26,999 nucleotides of DNA from a virus (taxonomy: Duplodnaviria > Caudoviricetes), in the IMG/VR virus record IMGVR_UViG_3300022201_000003, positions 1 to 26,999 of that record. One strand, given 5' to 3'. Position numbers and translations under genes: made by a program. Below, in pieces: positions 15,593 to 24,440 of this stretch. Positions within the stretch are counted from its first letter, which is position 1. Every line of letters starts with the position of its first letter. The notes beneath the pieces were generated by a model that saw only the letters and a list, made by a program, of their open reading frames with translations, did not search any database and was not told the DNA's origin.

Positions 15593-16293
15593 TTACGGCC
15601 CTACGATCTCTATCGCCGCGCCGCAACTGAATGCGTCGTTATCACCGCCGTCAGTCGAACAAGAAACCGTAACCGCAGTGCTGGGGATCGCTTCGGTTGC
15701 ATCTAAGGCGATGCCCATAATCGTGTCCGTAATGAGCTGATCTCGATCCTCGATCATCGGCGAATCCCAACCGATCGTATCGGTGCTGAACATGGTCCAG
15801 ATACCCATGATCAATGGCACCCGATAGGTGGTCGTGATCGACAATGACATGTTGTCGGCGTTGCTTGTATCGGCACTGTCCGTGTCACCAATGGGTGAGG
15901 AGGTGTCAATATTCTCGAAGTTGTAAGCGAAAGCAATCGCCGTAGCGATGGTGGCGCCGCCAAAAGTACACTCAACATCGAATGTACCGGATGGTGGATT
16001 GACGATGTAAAAAAAGGCACAGGATGACCGGGCATTGGTGCTTTCGATAAGAGCCACACTAAACGCCGTCTCATTGCCACCGCCTGGGTCGAGTGTGGCA
16101 TCCACGGGAGCGTCACCGGTAGTGTCATAAGTAGCCACAGCTAACACGAGCAGCTCGGTTCCAGAATCAACAACGAAGCTGGTGATCGTGACGTCTGTGG
16201 TGCCTGTCACGCCGGCGCCGGCATCGACCCCGAGTGTACAGGCCTCTTGCCACCGCCGGAAGCCGCAGCATTGCCGAACCAAAGACCAGACAT
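15593..16293 (-). pseudogene. Tail-fibre-associated protein split by an apparent -1 frameshift (programmed, mutational or assembly error)
   Basis: The coupled ATG at 16293 (TGATG overlap, GGGAG RBS) gives MSGLWFGNAAASGGG then stops at 16207. The T/D/G-rich body (EACTLGVDAGAG...AAIEIVGP) is in the -1 frame. Confidence 0.6.
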
Positions 16294-17414
16294 CAAACAA
16301 GACTCCCGACCAGAACCCATTCGTTGGTTGCGATCTTGCGAAGCGTGGCGCCGGCATACTGGCCAGCCAAGTCGAGATTACCACCAAGAGACCGGATCGT
16401 GACGCCGGCGCCTTGAGCAAACGTAACCACCCCGGCCCCCAGACCGATCACATCGATCGAGCACCCGATCTGGAATGCAACGCTCGAATTCGGTGGCACG
16501 GTGTAGGTCTGCGCTGCCGCATTGCTGGCGGTGACCATCTGTCCGCTGTCAGTAAGAACGAAAGTATAGGTCGTGCCCGTCTGGGCGTTGATGTCGGAGA
16601 TGATATTGACATCGTCGACAGGAACGTCATTCAAGCTAAGCTTGCCCGTCGTCCCGCTGTACGAGATCTTCGCAACGCCACTGGATCGCAGATAAAAATC
16701 GCCCGGGAAACCTGCGTGACTTTCGCCGTATACGAGAAGATTGCCTCCTAGCGCGCCCGCACTGCCACCAGAATAGACACAGAAACCGTTCGTTACACTA
16801 GCTCGGATGTGGCGGGTGCCGACGAGCGTGATAGTGACAACACCGCTCATATTGTCGCTGTCGTCAACTACGATACCTGAGGTCTGTATTAGTTTACCAG
16901 TTGTACTGTCAAACCGCGGTAACGTGTTGTCAACAGAACTAGCAGGGCCAACTACGTCGCCGGCCGCTGTTATGTCCGTCCAAACAGCCGCGCCCGTTGT
17001 CGCATCGAGCATGATGAAAGCCAGGTCCGAAGTCGTGTTTACCCACGTCGAACCGATCGAATAGCCGGCTGTATCGTCGTCGCTGACACCCGGCGAAGTC
17101 GTGGCAGAGAGGTTGTCTTGGGCGGAGGAGCCCCAGATATTGGCGAAGTCCGCCTGTACCCAAGCTGCGCCAGTCCAATACTTGTGCTCCGTCGGGTTCG
17201 AATTCTTGTCGGGCCAGATCAAGGTCGTATCGACGGGCGCCGTGGTGCTGGGAGCCGCAAACCGGCCGCTGAACATGCCGTTCTCGATCAACGCCGCCAC
17301 AACCAACTCCGAGGTCGGAAGCCGGAAGACGTTATTCTGTGTGATTGTAGTGCCGAGCGTCGTATCGATCAGCAACGCCATGTCCGTGGCGTCTACGAAA
17401 TTGTCTGACGACAT
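16293..17414 (-). CDS. Tail fibre protein, 373 aa
   Basis: Modules NLSATTSPGVSDDDTAGYSIGSTW and GDVVGPASSVDNTLPRFD, plus a C-terminal INAQTGTTYTFVLTD...GAGVTI...GQYAGATL...NEWVLVG domain, all common in phage fibres. Confidence 0.8.
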   Translation of the reverse strand: MSSDNFVDATDMALLIDTTLGTTITQNNVFRLPTSELVVAALIENGMFSGRFAAPSTTAPVDTTLIWPDKNSNPTEHKYWTGAAWVQADFANIWGSSAQDNLSATTSPGVSDDDTAGYSIGSTWVNTTSDLAFIMLDATTGAAVWTDITAAGDVVGPASSVDNTLPRFDSTTGKLIQTSGIVVDDSDNMSGVVTITLVGTRHIRASVTNGFCVYSGGSAGALGGNLLVYGESHAGFPGDFYLRSSGVAKISYSGTTGKLSLNDVPVDDVNIISDINAQTGTTYTFVLTDSGQMVTASNAAAQTYTVPPNSSVAFQIGCSIDVIGLGAGVVTFAQGAGVTIRSLGGNLDLAGQYAGATLRKIATNEWVLVGSLV

Positions 17415-17420
17415 AAGAGC

Positions 17421-20400
17421 TTACTCCTCGATCGAGCCCTGCAACAATCGGTTCAGGTAGAACAGATTGTTGCCCGGGACAAGCCTGAGCGCCCGCTTCT
17501 TCTCGCCGGGCGTCATCTCGTTGTCATCGAGGAGAGCCAGCCAGGAAGCACGCGCGTTGTCAATATAGCCCGCTGCGGGGCCCGCCATGGCACCAACAAA
17601 GCTTCGCCGCCCTGCAAAGCGCGAAGCTGGCGGCTGCTGATCGTGCCCGGGGAAGAGCGCTTGTGCGCCGGCCATCAAACCCGGAAGCCCGGAATGTCGT
17701 TCCCAGAGGTTGTTACCATACCCTATCATGCCCAAAAGGCCAGAACGTTCCACGCCCTCGGCGACCAACCGGCCCGGATTGTCCGAGATCGGCTTGCCTT
17801 TGACCTTTTCGCGTATGACGTAGGATAGCGTGCCGAGCCCGGACATCGTGACCGCCCCGGCGATCAGCCCGTAATTGCTGGAAACTGTAGCGTTCATAGA
17901 CAGCCGGCTCAGCGACGCGAAAGTGAAGGACGTGAAGAGCGACAGCGCGCGCCCGAGATTGGTGTCCGCAAAGATCGGCATGTCGCCGGCGCCGGGCGTG
18001 ATTACGGTTTCGTCAGTGGCCTTCTTAACCGCGGCCTGGTAACGGCGCAGTGAATTGGCGATGCCCTCATCATTCACGTCCCATGCCCGCGTGTTCGGAA
18101 CCAGCGCGCCGCTCTCGGTCACATCGCCGTATTTGTCAAACAATTTGCCAAGCCGGGCCGCATGCTCGCGCCCAACACCCAGCGTCGCCATCCACTGCTT
18201 CTGGTAGCCAAGCAGAGAATCGAAGCCTTTACTCGAGGCCTGCCGCGCGAGCCGGAGCATACGCTGCTGAATGGAGACGCCCGCCACGCTCTTCATCATG
18301 TTGGTGAAATAGGTCAGACCATTTACCCGGGAGAACACCCGCCGGGTTTCGCGGGCGAAATTGCGAACGGGACTGCCCGTGTCGAGCACGTCAGCCGTGC
18401 CGGTCAAGAGAGACATCCGGTGATCGCGGATGAGTTCGACCGCAACACCGAGGTCTTGCAGCTCCGCCTTGTTGAGCTTCAGTGCGGAGACATCTTTGAC
18501 CAGGCGGCCGACACCGTTCTCGGTGAACGGACGGACCATGTCGCGCAATATGATCGTGGCCATCTCGGGGAGGGAGGCGATCGAAAAGAGCCCGCCGAAC
18601 GAGACGTAGGCCAGCGTGTTCGCCGCGTCGACCATGGTGCCCATGTTGCTGGTGCGTTGATCAAGATGGAGCGTGCCGAACAGCCGGTCACGCATGGCGA
18701 TCACGTCCTTGCGGAAGTTGTTCCAGTCCTTCTCAATCTTCTTCAGCCGCTTCTCTCGGGCTTTGCCTGTAAGCTTCTCCGCCTCGGCCCGGACGCGCTC
18801 CATGCCAACTTTGGCGTCTTCGAGGATCTCGTCAACATTAGTCGTACCGAACTTGCGCTGGAACTCAACATGCCCCGCCATCGTGCGGATATAGCGATCC
18901 ATGATGAACTCGCTGTCATTCATCAGGAAAAATTCGACGTCCTCGTCCCGAACCTTCAACGTACGGCCTTTAAGCGGGCCGTTCTTCGTGGTGCGTAGAT
19001 AGTCGATCTTTGAGATGTCGAAGCTACCACCCGCAAGCTGGTCTATGATCTCGTCGGCCACATCATCGACGTAATCTTCCAGCTCACCGGCAACAAGTGA
19101 ACTCTTCCCACGGGCCTCCATCGCGCGCGCCGCCTTCGCGATGTTCTTGCGGATGATCGCGCGCAGCTGCGGGCGGTGAGAGATCACCCTGTCACGGTTC
19201 CAGACGCGCGACAGGTAACTCGTCGCCGTCTGTGGCGTGAGGTCGTCAGGCAGGAGCCCGAGCGCCTGCGCCTCCTTGGCGAAGTGGTCGAGCACCTCAC
19301 GGTTCCGCCGGGCGGCCCGGGCGACAAACTCGTTACCCGCCGGGTCGACGTCGCCGCGGCGCATGGCGTATGCCACACGCTCGATGAACTCCCGCCGAGG
19401 CATGCCCTGCCCGGCCGCCCTGGCCTCCTTGAAGATCTGCTCCACATCGCGTCGGCGCACGTTGCCTGTGCCATCGATCGAGATGTTCATCAGGGTTTCG
19501 ACCGCCTGGGGCTGGCTCAGCGCACCTTCCTTGACATTTGTCATGCGCATCGCCGGCGTCTCAACGATGTTGGCCATCAGGTCGGCGCCCTCCGGCACCT
19601 CGTAGGTAGCCCCGCGCATGCCGGGCGACCAACGTTGCAGCTTCCCGAGGATCTGCTGCATCTTGTTGGCTAGGCCCGTCTGTTCCAGCGTGGCCGCGCC
19701 GGCGCTCAAGTTACCAGCCGAGTAGACCTGTCGGATCGCCTCGTCCACGTCATCAACACCGATCTCCTTACCGGCATCATCAACCTGTTTCATGAATTTG
19801 CTGGCCAGCGCTGACTGTTCCGCACCGGTAAGTTGCCGCGCCACGGCCCCGCCGAGCAACGCGGACAGAAGTGTTGTGGCGCCGATCGCGACCACGCTCT
19901 CTCCAGGTGTCCGTAGCTCCTGGGTAGCATAGAGCGCGCCCTCGGCTGCCGTGGCCGCACCCGCGCCGTAAGCGGCAGCCCGGAGCGCTGACTTGCCCAC
20001 CTTAATGCCCCCCATTGCGCCGCGCACAATCGCGCCGCCCGGGATCAATGAAGGCAAGTCAACAAGCCCGGCGGTCAGAGACGTTGCAACGCCGAGCCAC
20101 CCTGCGTTCTGCAGGGTGATGCGATCCTGTTCTTCGATATCGATCTGGGTCTTCAGCGCCTCCCAAGCGGCATCATTATGGACATCCAAAAACTTGTGAG
20201 AAAAACGCTCGTATTTAGAGCCCGCCAGCTCACTCCAGCGATCCTCCCAGTTCGGATCGACAACACTTTTGTCTATGTCCGGGTTGTAATTCGTGATGAA
20301 CGACCCGACAATGTTCTCTTGGCGGAAGGCGGCACCAAAGGCCTCGCCCACTCCGATTTCAGGCTCGCGCATGGATTCGACAAGCTTCTTCGGATCGTCC

Positions 20401-20453
20401 GCGCGGATTGCGTCGAACTCCGTGATCGGCTGTCCGTTGACGTCTACAAACAT
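17421..20453 (-). CDS. Large internal virion (DNA ejection) protein, 1010 aa
   Basis: Large helical A/G/R-rich protein with YLSRVWN motif and a C-terminal LVPGNNLFYL. Third of three ejection-type genes. Confidence 0.75.
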   Translation of the reverse strand: MFVDVNGQPITEFDAIRADDPKKLVESMREPEIGVGEAFGAAFRQENIVGSFITNYNPDIDKSVVDPNWEDRWSELAGSKYERFSHKFLDVHNDAAWEALKTQIDIEEQDRITLQNAGWLGVATSLTAGLVDLPSLIPGGAIVRGAMGGIKVGKSALRAAAYGAGAATAAEGALYATQELRTPGESVVAIGATTLLSALLGGAVARQLTGAEQSALASKFMKQVDDAGKEIGVDDVDEAIRQVYSAGNLSAGAATLEQTGLANKMQQILGKLQRWSPGMRGATYEVPEGADLMANIVETPAMRMTNVKEGALSQPQAVETLMNISIDGTGNVRRRDVEQIFKEARAAGQGMPRREFIERVAYAMRRGDVDPAGNEFVARAARRNREVLDHFAKEAQALGLLPDDLTPQTATSYLSRVWNRDRVISHRPQLRAIIRKNIAKAARAMEARGKSSLVAGELEDYVDDVADEIIDQLAGGSFDISKIDYLRTTKNGPLKGRTLKVRDEDVEFFLMNDSEFIMDRYIRTMAGHVEFQRKFGTTNVDEILEDAKVGMERVRAEAEKLTGKAREKRLKKIEKDWNNFRKDVIAMRDRLFGTLHLDQRTSNMGTMVDAANTLAYVSFGGLFSIASLPEMATIILRDMVRPFTENGVGRLVKDVSALKLNKAELQDLGVAVELIRDHRMSLLTGTADVLDTGSPVRNFARETRRVFSRVNGLTYFTNMMKSVAGVSIQQRMLRLARQASSKGFDSLLGYQKQWMATLGVGREHAARLGKLFDKYGDVTESGALVPNTRAWDVNDEGIANSLRRYQAAVKKATDETVITPGAGDMPIFADTNLGRALSLFTSFTFASLSRLSMNATVSSNYGLIAGAVTMSGLGTLSYVIREKVKGKPISDNPGRLVAEGVERSGLLGMIGYGNNLWERHSGLPGLMAGAQALFPGHDQQPPASRFAGRRSFVGAMAGPAAGYIDNARASWLALLDDNEMTPGEKKRALRLVPGNNLFYLNRLLQGSIEE

Positions 20454-20461
20454 GCCTTTTC

Positions 20462-23368
20462 CTACGGTGACAGCGGTTCAGCTTCTTGCAGCTGGCGCTC
20501 CTTTGTGAGCCCGCGTTTGCGCTTCTTGATGCGCTCCTGGAACTCACGCCAGCCTTCGGCAAGATCCTCGAAGTCATCTGGACGAACGATCCGGCCAGGA
20601 CGCCCGGCGGGTGTCGGCTGGACGATGTCGAACTCCGGGTCGACCTTGGTGCCTTCCGGCTGCTCTATCATCTCTCTGCTGGGACCTGTACCGCGGCGCG
20701 CGCCGGGGAATACCCGGTTGGGTGGCCGATACTGCTGGCCGGTACCAACTGTCACGCCATCAACATCTTCCATGACTTCGCGGGTGTGGACGTTGATCAA
20801 CACCTCGTTGCCGTCGCGATCGATACCGACCGTAATGCCGTCCTCGGCGGTCTGTAGGCGCCGTTCGCGCCGGCGATCGGCCTCGAGAGGCTCGCGCCAA
20901 GCCTTGACCAGGGCGGCTTCGTCGGGCTTGTAGAAGACCTCGCCGGGGGGCGTGTGGATGAACTCCTGCCCGTCCACTTCCGTGGTGTAGTAGACCCGGA
21001 ACCGCGGCTTGGCGTCGGGCCCGGACGATGCATCACGGCCCGTCACGATCGGATCCGCTATGATCCGCACGTCGTCTGCGCTGAGTTCACGCCCCAGCAT
21101 CGTCGATATCTTCTTCGCCGCGTCCTCAAGATAAGGCTGGTGCCCCCGATCTCCGATGGATCGGTAATAGTTCTCGAAAGGCCACTTCACGAAATCGCCC
21201 TGCATACCAAACATCGACGTGCCCGCGACCTCGCTGGTACCGTAGAGTCGGCGCATGTCACGCTTCGTGCGCAACTCAGCAAGTTCGAGATTGCCATTTG
21301 ATTCTATGTAGTTACGCGTCCAGTGCTGTTTCCAGTCCGTGACAAGACCGGCACCGAGCTGACTGTCCACCGCCAATTCCGGGTTGATCGTGCCATCGTA
21401 GATCTTGGTGATCAGGTCCTCGGCCGTGAGTTCCTGCGCCTTGAATTGCTCGTTGGCCGCTGTCCGCAACTGAGTGATGTTCGGCGGCGCCTCAGTGCTG
21501 CGTGCGTTGAAAACCGCCCGTGCCGCGGCCTCGGGGCTTAGCCCGTCCCGCCGGAGATCTTGGTAGTCACGCACGAAGCCCTTGAGCTTTGTGCTACCGT
21601 CGACACCGTCGAAAGCGCGACCCGATGCAGAGAAGAGTTGCGATGCAAACTCGAGTGTCGCCGCAAACTCCCTCTGATCCGTGCTATGAATTCCCGAGAC
21701 GGCAGTCCGAACTGCCGTACGATCAGCAATACCGGTACGTTTGGTCAGCTCCACCGCACGTTCGGGCGATCCTATAGCCAGATCGGGCAGGGTATCGGGA
21801 TCGGTAGCCAGCGCGTCCACGGCCTTGCGGTCGTCCGGATCTCGTTCATTGAAGCCGTTCGGCCCCATGCCGGCCTCAAGCCGTAGGCGTCCGGATCGCA
21901 AGGCGTCGTTCTTGCCCCGCTGAGCGCGCCCGAAGATGGTCAGCTCATTCTTGTGCGCCGTCGTCAGACCGTCGAGATTGTCGATCTGATCGTCCGTGAT
22001 GCTGTTCGGGTCTTGGAGGATCAGCCGCTTGACCTCATCACGCGTGCTGGTGCTGGCCGCTTCGACCGTGCCAGTACGGATCTTGTTGACCCGGCCGGTG
22101 ACGCGATCGACCCACTTCGGGCCGACCTCGACGTTGTTCATCACCTTGGACGAGCCCATCTTCTGGGTAGCCCAGCGTTTCAGCCAAGCCACGTCTTTGC
22201 CGCGCAAGAAGGGATTGGCCTTCATCTTCTTCGCCGGGATGATCGTCGCGAGCGGGGTGTCGTCGGCAACGCTCAACACCTGCACCGCGCCGCCGCCCTT
22301 GGCGCCAGGACCAAGAAAATGTGCTAAATAGACGTTCCCCGCGGTAGGCTCGATGCCAGCCGCCTTCAAAGATGCAGCATTTTCCTCCACATAGCGGGCC
22401 GTCATCTCGCGCGATAGTGTCGGGTCCTTACGGAGCGCGAGAAGCTGGGCTCGGGTGCGCCGCCGCGCGAGCTCGGGATGATATCTGTTCATCATCTCGA
22501 GCCACGTACTCTCGATGAACTGCCCCAGGCCGGTAGCGGTGGAGCGCTTGTTCTTGGCTCCCGCCTTGCCGCCGCTCTCGACCTGGATGATGCGGTCCAC
22601 AATGGTGCCGCCATTCTTGGTCACGCCGCGCGCCTCGCCGGCCGCGGCCTCGGAATAGCCACCCACCAACCCGAGCGCACCTTTGAAATCGCCCTGAAGC
22701 GCCATGCCGACAGCTGCCTCTTCAACCAGTCGGTTGCGCATCTCGGCCCGGAGAGCGCGCTTCTTCGACGCAGGAATGTCAGCAGTTTCAACGAGTTGGT
22801 CGATACTCTTGACCTGCTCTTCGAGGATCGTCGGGTCGCCACGCACCGCCAAAGCGCTGCTATTCATTTGGTTGGTAACCTGCTCGGTGAAATACTCACG
22901 CGCTGCCGTGCGCTGGCTATTGAAGGCCTTATCCGAGATCGAGTTACGCAGCGTGCGCAGCTTGAGATCGACAGCCGCCTTCTGGCTGTCCGGCACCGTG
23001 GCGAAGAACGTCTTGGCGTTCGTGTCGAAAATGTTGAGCGTATTCGCTTCAAAGTCGCCCGCCGACGCGCCGTCGATATCATCGGTGCTCTCTGTGACAT
23101 TTCGTCGCTGGTTGTGGGTGAACTCGAGAAGCCCCACTTGCGCGTCGAAAGCGTCACGCGTATTCTGGGTTTCTTCGATCTGAACGCCAATCTGAGTAAT
23201 TGCCTCGGCCGCGCGTTTCAATGCCGGGCTGACAAAATCCTTCGGGGACGCGACACGCGTAACGACCTCCGATGCCTGCGAGCGACGAAGCACCTCGTCT
23301 TCGCGCGGGATGTCAATGCCCTGCGCGCGCGCCTGGGTCGTTACTGTAGGTCCGGGAAATGTCGGCAT
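20462..23368 (-). CDS. Internal virion protein with lytic transglycosylase domain, 968 aa
   Basis: IIQVESGG...NKRSTATGLGQFIESTW...YLAHFLG lysozyme-like motifs at about 22300-22600, embedded in a helical protein. Confidence 0.85.
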   Translation of the reverse strand: MPTFPGPTVTTQARAQGIDIPREDEVLRRSQASEVVTRVASPKDFVSPALKRAAEAITQIGVQIEETQNTRDAFDAQVGLLEFTHNQRRNVTESTDDIDGASAGDFEANTLNIFDTNAKTFFATVPDSQKAAVDLKLRTLRNSISDKAFNSQRTAAREYFTEQVTNQMNSSALAVRGDPTILEEQVKSIDQLVETADIPASKKRALRAEMRNRLVEEAAVGMALQGDFKGALGLVGGYSEAAAGEARGVTKNGGTIVDRIIQVESGGKAGAKNKRSTATGLGQFIESTWLEMMNRYHPELARRRTRAQLLALRKDPTLSREMTARYVEENAASLKAAGIEPTAGNVYLAHFLGPGAKGGGAVQVLSVADDTPLATIIPAKKMKANPFLRGKDVAWLKRWATQKMGSSKVMNNVEVGPKWVDRVTGRVNKIRTGTVEAASTSTRDEVKRLILQDPNSITDDQIDNLDGLTTAHKNELTIFGRAQRGKNDALRSGRLRLEAGMGPNGFNERDPDDRKAVDALATDPDTLPDLAIGSPERAVELTKRTGIADRTAVRTAVSGIHSTDQREFAATLEFASQLFSASGRAFDGVDGSTKLKGFVRDYQDLRRDGLSPEAAARAVFNARSTEAPPNITQLRTAANEQFKAQELTAEDLITKIYDGTINPELAVDSQLGAGLVTDWKQHWTRNYIESNGNLELAELRTKRDMRRLYGTSEVAGTSMFGMQGDFVKWPFENYYRSIGDRGHQPYLEDAAKKISTMLGRELSADDVRIIADPIVTGRDASSGPDAKPRFRVYYTTEVDGQEFIHTPPGEVFYKPDEAALVKAWREPLEADRRRERRLQTAEDGITVGIDRDGNEVLINVHTREVMEDVDGVTVGTGQQYRPPNRVFPGARRGTGPSREMIEQPEGTKVDPEFDIVQPTPAGRPGRIVRPDDFEDLAEGWREFQERIKKRKRGLTKERQLQEAEPLSP

Positions 23369-23374
23369 ATTGCT

Positions 23375-23851
23375 CTACCCGTATAAGAAGCCAGTCGATG
23401 GCTGTTGTGGCTTGTTGAACCTGTCGAACAGCGAAGTGGCACCCGACAAAATATCCGTACCCACTCCGATGAAGCCCGCCAGTTTGGCACTCTTGGCCTG
23501 GGCCTTCTCAGCCTCCGCCGCGAGCGCAAAATTCTGGGCCCTGTTCTCGCCCATCGCCAGCTCTGTCGCGATATTGCGCGCCCCCGTCGCCTCGGTCTCG
23601 GCAACGATACTGGTCACCGATGGGTCGCCAGCGCCACCTACCGAAGCCGCCCGCGCAATCTGAGCAGATTGCGCCAAGTTCGCTTCACGCCGGCGCTCGC
23701 GGGCCCGCTGCGTGCCGATGGCGCGCGCTTCCTGCTCCTGCTTCTCAAGTTGCTGCTGTTGGAATTTGGACTGCGCCTGTTGCGCGCCCATCTGGGCAAG
23801 CGTGCCCACCGCGCTCATCGCGACTCCCAATATTGCAGTTATGCTCGCCAT
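23375..23851 (-). CDS. Small internal virion protein (T7 gp14-like position)
   Basis: Hydrophobic G/A-rich N-terminus and Q/A-rich helix. First of the ejection genes. Confidence 0.7.
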   Translation of the reverse strand: MASITAILGVAMSAVGTLAQMGAQQAQSKFQQQQLEKQEQEARAIGTQRARERRREANLAQSAQIARAASVGGAGDPSVTSIVAETEATGARNIATELAMGENRAQNFALAAEAEKAQAKSAKLAGFIGVGTDILSGATSLFDRFNKPQQPSTGFLYG

Positions 23852-24207
23852 ATCCAAACCTTGTCTTTGCCGATCACCTCAGAGGTCTCTTCAAAACCTA
23901 AACGATCGAGAAACTTTCGAGCGTTGGGGTAGGCCTCGTCACATACCGCGTAAAGCTCCTCAACGCCATGCTCCTGCAGTTCATGATTCAGAAAACGCCA
24001 TATGCGTCTGAAAACCAGAGGAAACCGACCGGCTCCGCGGAGATCCATAAATGCAAAATAGCGGCCGTCATCTCCGAATACCACACCCGCTATGGCCTTG
24101 ACCAGCTTACCGTCTTTGACGCAGTAGCCCGTCCACCAGGTTTCGAGCCCCGGAAGCTTGAAAAAGCGGATGAAATCTGTGTCGCTGGCCTTCGTGATCT
24201 CCGGCAT
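23839..24207 (-). CDS. GNAT-fold (acetyltransferase-like) protein of the podovirus tail module, 122 aa
   Basis: LYAVCDEAYPNARKFLDRLGF resembles the GNAT C-terminal motif. ATG 24207 in a TGATG overlap behind GAGGGA. Located between tail tube B and the ejection genes. Confidence 0.7.
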   Translation of the reverse strand: MPEITKASDTDFIRFFKLPGLETWWTGYCVKDGKLVKAIAGVVFGDDGRYFAFMDLRGAGRFPLVFRRIWRFLNHELQEHGVEELYAVCDEAYPNARKFLDRLGFEETSEVIGKDKVWIWRA

Positions 24208-24440
24208 CAATTCCCTCTTTTGATATGCCGGTACCTGATCTTCATGTAGGTGGTCGCGAGCACCTTCGGGCGGTCGGCTTTCGGCATCCGGTAGATGAAT
24301 TCTGAAGTGTAGTTGGACGCCTGCCAGTAGCACGTCTGCACACTGCTGGTGACAAACGAGTAGAATATCTCGGCTGTCTCTTTCTGGCAGTCGGGCCTCG
24401 CCAGCCCAACGGCGCAAAGCAGTGCAACGCAATAAATCAT
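24207..24440 (-). CDS. Small Cys-containing protein with hydrophobic N-terminus, 77 aa
   Basis: MIYCVALLCAVGLARPDCQKETA...TC. Coupled by ATGA and TGATG overlaps on both sides. Confidence 0.6.
   Translation of the reverse strand: MIYCVALLCAVGLARPDCQKETAEIFYSFVTSSVQTCYWQASNYTSEFIYRMPKADRPKVLATTYMKIRYRHIKRGN

Noticed and set aside
16294-16420. Upstream extension of the 275-aa ORF (MLKAPASRSG...)
   Set aside because: It overlaps the tail fibre C-terminus out of frame and has no RBS. The coupled ATG at 16293 is the more plausible start.
22300-22600. Lytic transglycosylase domain inside an ejection protein as a novelty
   Set aside because: Virion-associated muralytic domains in podovirus internal proteins are well established (e.g. 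T7 gp16).
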